This document shows, one piece after another, positions 15,744 to 20,000 of a DNA stretch of 20,000 bases. Source of the stretch: an uncultured virus (IMG/VR IMGVR_UViG_3300009285_007005) (Duplodnaviria; Heunggongvirae; Uroviricota; Caudoviricetes); IMG/VR virus record IMGVR_UViG_3300009285_007005, one strand, 5' to 3'. The notes under the pieces are model-generated. The model did not search any database and was not told the origin of the DNA. It worked only from the letters and a program-made list of their open reading frames with translations. The translations under genes were made by a program, and so were the position numbers. The stretch's first letter is position 1. The number at the start of each line of letters is the position of its first letter.

Positions 15744-16001
15744 TTAAAACCACCTTGTTTGAAAGTCGATTTTCCCGCTCTTATCGACGCGGAAACAATG
15801 CTTTTTCTCGTGGTATTCGATCTGGGCAAACCAGGTCGGACGGATCCCCGTTCCGTCATCGGGTATTCGCGTATTCACGGCCTGGGCGGATCTCTGAAGG
15901 TTATCCCTGAAGCGGATAGCCTCATCGATGCTGTCCGTCCATAGGGCGGCGGGTTGCCAGTTCCCGCGCGGATCTACTTCTCTCACGGAAAATTTCCTCA
16001 T
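15744..16001 (-). CDS. Hypothetical protein
   Basis: 85 aa, GAGGAGG RBS. Confidence 0.7.
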   Translation of the reverse strand: MRKFSVREVDPRGNWQPAALWTDSIDEAIRFRDNLQRSAQAVNTRIPDDGTGIRPTWFAQIEYHEKKHCFRVDKSGKIDFQTRWF

Positions 16002-16077
16002 TTTTAAACCTCCTCGGGCCTGCTGTTATCGGGCTTTTCGCCTCTCCCCGCGTCCCCCTGGGCGGCGCTGGGGTGGG

Positions 16078-16131
16078 TTAATTCCATTCCCCGGCTTCTT
16101 GGCCGAAAAGGTCAAGCTGTGGTTGTTGCAT
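16078..16131 (-). CDS. Putative 17-aa micropeptide MQQPQLDLFGQEAGEWN
   Basis: AAGGA upstream; overlaps the end of the upstream gene; ends in TAA-C like neighbouring genes. Confidence 0.45.
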   Translation of the reverse strand: MQQPQLDLFGQEAGEWN

Positions 16132-16339
16132 GGTCGGGGTTTCCTTGTGGCGTGATTTGTGCCCAGTGGTTGAAATCCGGTAAATCGGTGTCAATCCAGG
16201 TGAAAACATAGATTTTCCCATTGACTTCAAAGGTCAAATCCTTGTCTTCGGGTCCTCCGATATATTTCCCTTCGATTGCCTCGGCGTGGGAAAATATCTC
16301 TTCAGAAAAACGGTAGTAAACGCGCGGGGTTTCGGTCAT
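16112..16339 (-). CDS. Hypothetical protein (acidic), 75 aa
   Basis: GGAGG RBS and ATGA overlap at 16339 (MTETPRVYY...). Confidence 0.7.
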   Translation of the reverse strand: MTETPRVYYRFSEEIFSHAEAIEGKYIGGPEDKDLTFEVNGKIYVFTWIDTDLPDFNHWAQITPQGNPDHATTTA

Positions 16340-16605
16340 GGTTGGACCTCCGGGAAGGGGTAAATGTATGAAAATTCGCTGTGTCCGTTTAGGTCGGATT
16401 GTTGAATGCTCGAAAAGCCGTCGGGCCATGCGTTGACCATGATGCGGCATTTCTCGATTGAGAGTGTCGGGCTATTGGGTCCTGCCGTCCTGATATCCTG
16501 GTCCTGGGGAAAAACATCGCGGGCGCTGATAACTTGGCGCACTATGGCGGCATAGGCTCCGGGCAGTTTTTCTTCTTTGGCTGTCAATCGGAGAAACGGT
16601 TTCAT
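16336..16605 (-). CDS. Hypothetical protein
   Basis: 89 aa, ATGA overlaps at both ends. Confidence 0.7.
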   Translation of the reverse strand: MKPFLRLTAKEEKLPGAYAAIVRQVISARDVFPQDQDIRTAGPNSPTLSIEKCRIMVNAWPDGFSSIQQSDLNGHSEFSYIYPFPEVQP

Positions 16606-16808
16606 GGCTTGGCTTCCCTTTCTGCCGTGTAAACCACGGATTTGAGAAGGTTATTGAAAACCACGACGGGCAAGGTCGGGAAAGTCTTTTTTCTCTTGTC
16701 GGCCCATTCCTCGGCCCGTTCCCTTACGTCAAAGTTTTTCGTCGCGCCGGTCGCGTTCGGGTCGTCATACCAGCCGATTTTTACGGTGTACTTCGGTTTT
16801 TCGGTCAT
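16602..16808 (-). CDS. Hypothetical protein
   Basis: 68 aa, GGGAG RBS. Confidence 0.7.
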   Translation of the reverse strand: MTEKPKYTVKIGWYDDPNATGATKNFDVRERAEEWADKRKKTFPTLPVVVFNNLLKSVVYTAEREAKP

Positions 16809-16821
16809 GGCGTCTCCCTTG

Positions 16822-17046
16822 TTATTGAATCGGGCGGCCGATTTTCGAGTTTTCGTAGGCTTGGCGGTTCCGGAGGCGGCGCCGGGACTGGTCCAGGTTC
16901 AAAGCGCGGACGTGGGCGCAATATTCAAGCCATTCCGTTTCTGTCATGGCGTAATTGATATCTGCGCCGTCCACGATTTCAACGTGAGTCGCGCCGTTCG
17001 GCATGGCGTACTCTTCAACGGTTCGGCCTGTACTGAGTAGCATCAT
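16822..17046 (-). CDS. Hypothetical protein
   Basis: 74 aa, AGGAGG RBS. Confidence 0.7.
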   Translation of the reverse strand: MMLLSTGRTVEEYAMPNGATHVEIVDGADINYAMTETEWLEYCAHVRALNLDQSRRRLRNRQAYENSKIGRPIQ

Positions 17047-17248
17047 TGGGGCTTCCTCCTGTGGTTGTTAATCCGTCCGGTCTTCCCTCTCCTCGAAAGG
17101 GCGGGCCGCAGGGGTTAATTTAGGGCGTGGTCCCTGCCGTTCTGAAGTCCGGATTCCCGGTAAATCTCGGCGGATCGGGCAATGCCAGGGCCGTAGTGGC
17201 TGCTTAGGGTCAGCCAAATTTCGGCGGCGAATTTTCCGTGAAATGGGC

Positions 17249-17512
17249 TTAACTCCTTATAGTCAGCTCGGCGGACAACTCTAACCCCCATACCCGATGC
17301 TCCGGCTTGGTTGCCAGTTCGCCCCATGAGGCGACGATGTGATCGACGGCGGCGCCGAGGTTGGGCAGGGGGACGGGAGGATCGATGACCTCCCCGGAGT
17401 CGCTGACGAGGCGGAAATTGAGTCTGCCATCGAGCAAGGTGTCGTCCATTTCCAGATTGATCCCGATTCGATTTTCCGTGCAGCTTTCTAAAATTGTCGC
17501 AAGTCGTATCAT
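17249..17512 (-). CDS. Hypothetical protein
   Basis: AGGAGG RBS spaced for ATG 17512. Confidence 0.65.
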   Translation of the reverse strand: MIRLATILESCTENRIGINLEMDDTLLDGRLNFRLVSDSGEVIDPPVPLPNLGAAVDHIVASWGELATKPEHRVWGLELSAELTIRS

Positions 17513-17694
17513 GTTTCGCATCCTCCTGGGTTATCGGCCTCCGATTATCGGAGGGGTTACGGTCTCACGGGTCCGGCCCGAGGGCCGGGAGCGTCAAACC
17601 GTAAAAAGGTACGAGTAAAAATCCCGTCTTGGCTGTTATCTCTCCGGAGGGCTCCCGCAAGGGCCGGGAGTTGACCGGAAGGATAAGCGGCGGA

Positions 17695-17778
17695 TTAGTC
17701 GCGGATGATGGAATTGACCATTGCCGGAATTCCGAACAAGAGAACCAACATCAGGAAATGGCTAAGGAAAATGGACAT
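17695..17778 (-). CDS. Small hydrophobic single-TM peptide, 27 aa (MSIFLSHFLMLVLLFGIPAMVNSIIRD)
   Basis: GGAGG RBS before ATG 17778; one hydrophobic stretch; below the ORF-track cutoff. Confidence 0.6.
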   Translation of the reverse strand: MSIFLSHFLMLVLLFGIPAMVNSIIRD

Positions 17779-17792
17779 AGAGACCTCCGTTT

Positions 17793-18509
17793 TTAGAATG
17801 GACAATCGACTGGGTTATTGACACAATTCTCGCCGACGGCCTTAGCCGCCGGATTTTCGAGTTTTACAAATCTCCCGACAGTGCTACGAGATACGTTCAA
17901 ACGTTCCGCAATGACGCGGATTGACAGGCCGGCGGCCCGAAGGGCTTGAACCATTGCGCCGTCAAACGTTGCCCCAGGCCGGCCGATATGCCGACCCGCG
18001 TCACGAGCGGCCCGGAGCCCAGCCCCAATAGCGTCCCGTCGCTCCCTGTCCCGCTCTTCCCGGCCCCGGAGGTACTCGTTGTATCGGTCCTCCGCCCGTT
18101 CCCGGTCGGCCTCTGCCTGCTCATAAATCGCATCGGTCACTATTGCGGGCGGGATTGCGCCCGGCCACAATTCAGCGAGGATGCCGAGAGCCTCCCACAG
18201 CGGATGACCTACCAGCGCCGCACGCGCGGCCGCGTACCAGACCTCGGACTCCCTCGCCTCCCTGGGGTGTCGCCTCTGCCCGTCCGCACATCGGACTAGG
18301 CAGGGTCTCCCTCTCTCACGCGCGCGCTCAGTTAGGTAGTCGATAAGGCTTGCGATCGGGATGCCGTGACCGTCGCGCGTTGCGGCTCGGTGGCCTACTG
18401 CACGCGCGCCGTCGTCGTAATTTTCGGCCTGCGCGAGCGCGTCCTCGGCAATCCGCCCGGCGAGCGCTCCATCGATCAAGCGGGTAGGGGAGTGGCCTCT
18501 GGGCTTCAT
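17793..18509 (-). CDS. Protein with resolvase-type C-terminal arm and HTH, unrecognised N-terminal domain
   Basis: AGLRAARDAGRHIGRP...LRAAGLSIRVIAERLNVSRSTVGR resembles the serine-resolvase DNA-binding tail. No YxRxS catalytic motif. Confidence 0.75.
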   Translation of the reverse strand: MKPRGHSPTRLIDGALAGRIAEDALAQAENYDDGARAVGHRAATRDGHGIPIASLIDYLTERARERGRPCLVRCADGQRRHPREARESEVWYAAARAALVGHPLWEALGILAELWPGAIPPAIVTDAIYEQAEADRERAEDRYNEYLRGREERDRERRDAIGAGLRAARDAGRHIGRPGATFDGAMVQALRAAGLSIRVIAERLNVSRSTVGRFVKLENPAAKAVGENCVNNPVDCPF

Positions 18510-18703
18510 GCGTCGGCCCTCTCGTCTAACTCGAACTCAACTCGGTCGGCCTGCGCCTCGGCGATCTGTGCGCGGAGGTCATCTACCCTGCGTTGCGCGC
18601 GAGCCTCGGCGGCCGAGGAATGAGGGAAAGCCTGCTCGGCCGCGGTCAGGTCGGCGAGGGCATTGCGGAGGCGGAGGGTGCGGTCGTCGGTCGGTCGTTT
18701 CAT
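18506..18703 (-). CDS. Small helical hypothetical protein, 65 aa; first gene of the leftward operon
   Basis: AAGGGG RBS before ATG 18703; ATGA overlap downstream. Confidence 0.65.
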   Translation of the reverse strand: MKRPTDDRTLRLRNALADLTAAEQAFPHSSAAEARAQRRVDDLRAQIAEAQADRVEFELDERADA

Positions 18704-18749
18704 TTCGGTTCCCCTTGTGTTTTCAAAGCTAGTCCTACCGTCTGGAACA

Positions 18750-18778
18750 TTGGTAGTATGGTTTATTGGCCATGTCAA
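18750..18778 (-). promoter_or_regulatory. Candidate promoter of the leftward operon
   Basis: Perfect TTGACA (18778-18773) with a weak -10 (TACCAA) at 17 bp. Confidence 0.3.
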
Positions 18779-19052
18779 TCTTTATTTCTACAAGGATTGA
18801 AAAAACATGGCACGGCTTATGCACATGCGCGCGCGTAATCTCTCATGATACTACATAGCATAAGAGTGATATATCTATACTTAACTAGTTAGGAAGCGGG
18901 GTTCGGTCATGCCGCCGTGCTAATATAGGGATTATGCTATATCGCGGGGGGCGAGAGTGTTCGGCCCGAGCCGCCTGGGTTACAGCCTAAAATCCTCCGA
19001 AAATCGGAGGGTCCGAAAATCGGATGGTGCCCCTAAACGTTGACTTCGGGAC

Positions 19053-19080
19053 ATTGAGCATAATGCACACTATGTGCAAT
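19053..19080 (+). other. dif-like tyrosine recombinase site
   Basis: ATTGAGCATAA-TGCACA-CTATGTGCAAT versus E. coli dif GGTGCGCATAA-TGTATA-TTATGTTAAAT: 20/28, same 11-6-11 layout. Confidence 0.55.
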
Positions 19081-20000
19081 GTCCCGAAAAGATAAAGCGC
19101 CGCAATATCATGCACTTGTGCTTATGAGCCCTCGGAAACCCCAATAAAAGTGTGGGGTTTCGTGCAATAGCACGGAACGGCGTTAGAATGCCCGTCTTTA
19201 TTGGGCTTCGTGCGCCTTGTGCCCGTAACTATGCGGAATCACGAGCCTTTTTACCCCTCCCCGGTTCGCATTTCAAAAAAGTAATATAGAGATAACGCTA
19301 GAACCCTTGCACACCCTCTCTCTCATCGCCCTGTTTTTTGCTTATAACCCTGTGATCTTGTTGAGTATTTCCTATGTAATCGGTTCATTCCTGTAATTGG
19401 GATATGGCCCTTGGTCCTTGACTGCTGCTTATCCTGGCTTTCCCTCGGCTGATTCCTGGGCCTCAGTCGGCTTGTGCGGGGCTTCCTACTCATGTGACAC
19501 CCCTTTCTTTTGCCTCATGGGGGGTGACAGCATGGCGGGCATCTGGGCGGCTCTGGTGCGGGTTCAGAGCCGGGGTAGGACGGTTCCAGCGCACAGTGGG
19601 AGCCGCGGGAAGGTGGCGCTCAGGATGGGTGAGAGCCGGGGATAGGCGGCGCTAGCGGCCGAAGAGACCTCTTGACTCTGGGGGTGGGGCTGGTATGCTT
19701 CGTTCGTCCCTTCCGTTTCATCTCCTTTCACTTGCAGGGCTCGGGGCTTCCCGGGCCTTTGCTTTTGCGGGTAGGCCCTCTGGGGGTTTGAATCCGAAAA
19801 GGTTTTCAACTTGCGAGCTTTGGAGAGTCGGGGCTTGAATTTTTAAAATTGGGAAGGGGTATTTTGGGTGGTAGCCCCATCAGCCCCGGCTGAACACTGG
19901 TGAAAGTGGGAGGAAGGGCCTGTGGGGGAGCGAGAAGTGGGGATGAGGGGGCAAAAGAGGGGGTGAAGTGGGAAAGTGGTGATTTCTGGTTGGTACGGGT

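Noticed and set aside
14200..17694. Canonical integron cassette array (attC sites)
   Set aside because: Only one unit has a true RYYYAAC (GCCTAAC at 14824-14830), none ends in GTTRRRY, and no integrase is in the window. Kept only as an alternative hypothesis.
14200..17694. Intergenic hairpins as intrinsic terminators or a CRISPR array
   Set aside because: No U-tracts follow the stems, and the units are neither identical nor regularly spaced.
19040..19064. TTGACT...CATAAT promoter
   Set aside because: The spacer is only 13 bp; the dif-like site explains the sequence better.
19397..19809. ORFs 19397-19645 (+) and 19564-19809 (-)
   Set aside because: TTG starts without a convincing RBS, mutual overlap and no recognisable motifs.

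Overview
The window looks like part of a GC-rich phage, prophage or similar mobile element. No structural genes are visible, so the exact class is unresolved. It has four blocks. (1) 1-4112 (+): a translationally coupled run of small phage-type genes, a ParB-like protein and a possible terminase small subunit. (2) 4144-9612: two nested IS1595-family elements. Element B (5290-9612, 23-bp TIRs) is intact and carries a DDE transposase, an unrecognised 273-aa protein, a PIN-domain nuclease, an MTase-Mrr-like fusion and a small basic ORF. Element A (4144-5289) is a deleted and truncated relative whose remnants show the same unknown-protein + PIN pair. (3) 9796-18703 (-): a long operon of small genes separated by recurring hairpin-GATAAC-RBS units, ending in a DarB-like N6-MTase/SNF2 helicase. 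It also includes a very acidic DNA-mimic candidate and a 17-aa QLDLF micropeptide. (4) 18780-20000: a non-coding region with a dif-like site, repeated palindromes, phased repeats and a G4 motif. All calls come from reading motifs by eye; no database searches were run.
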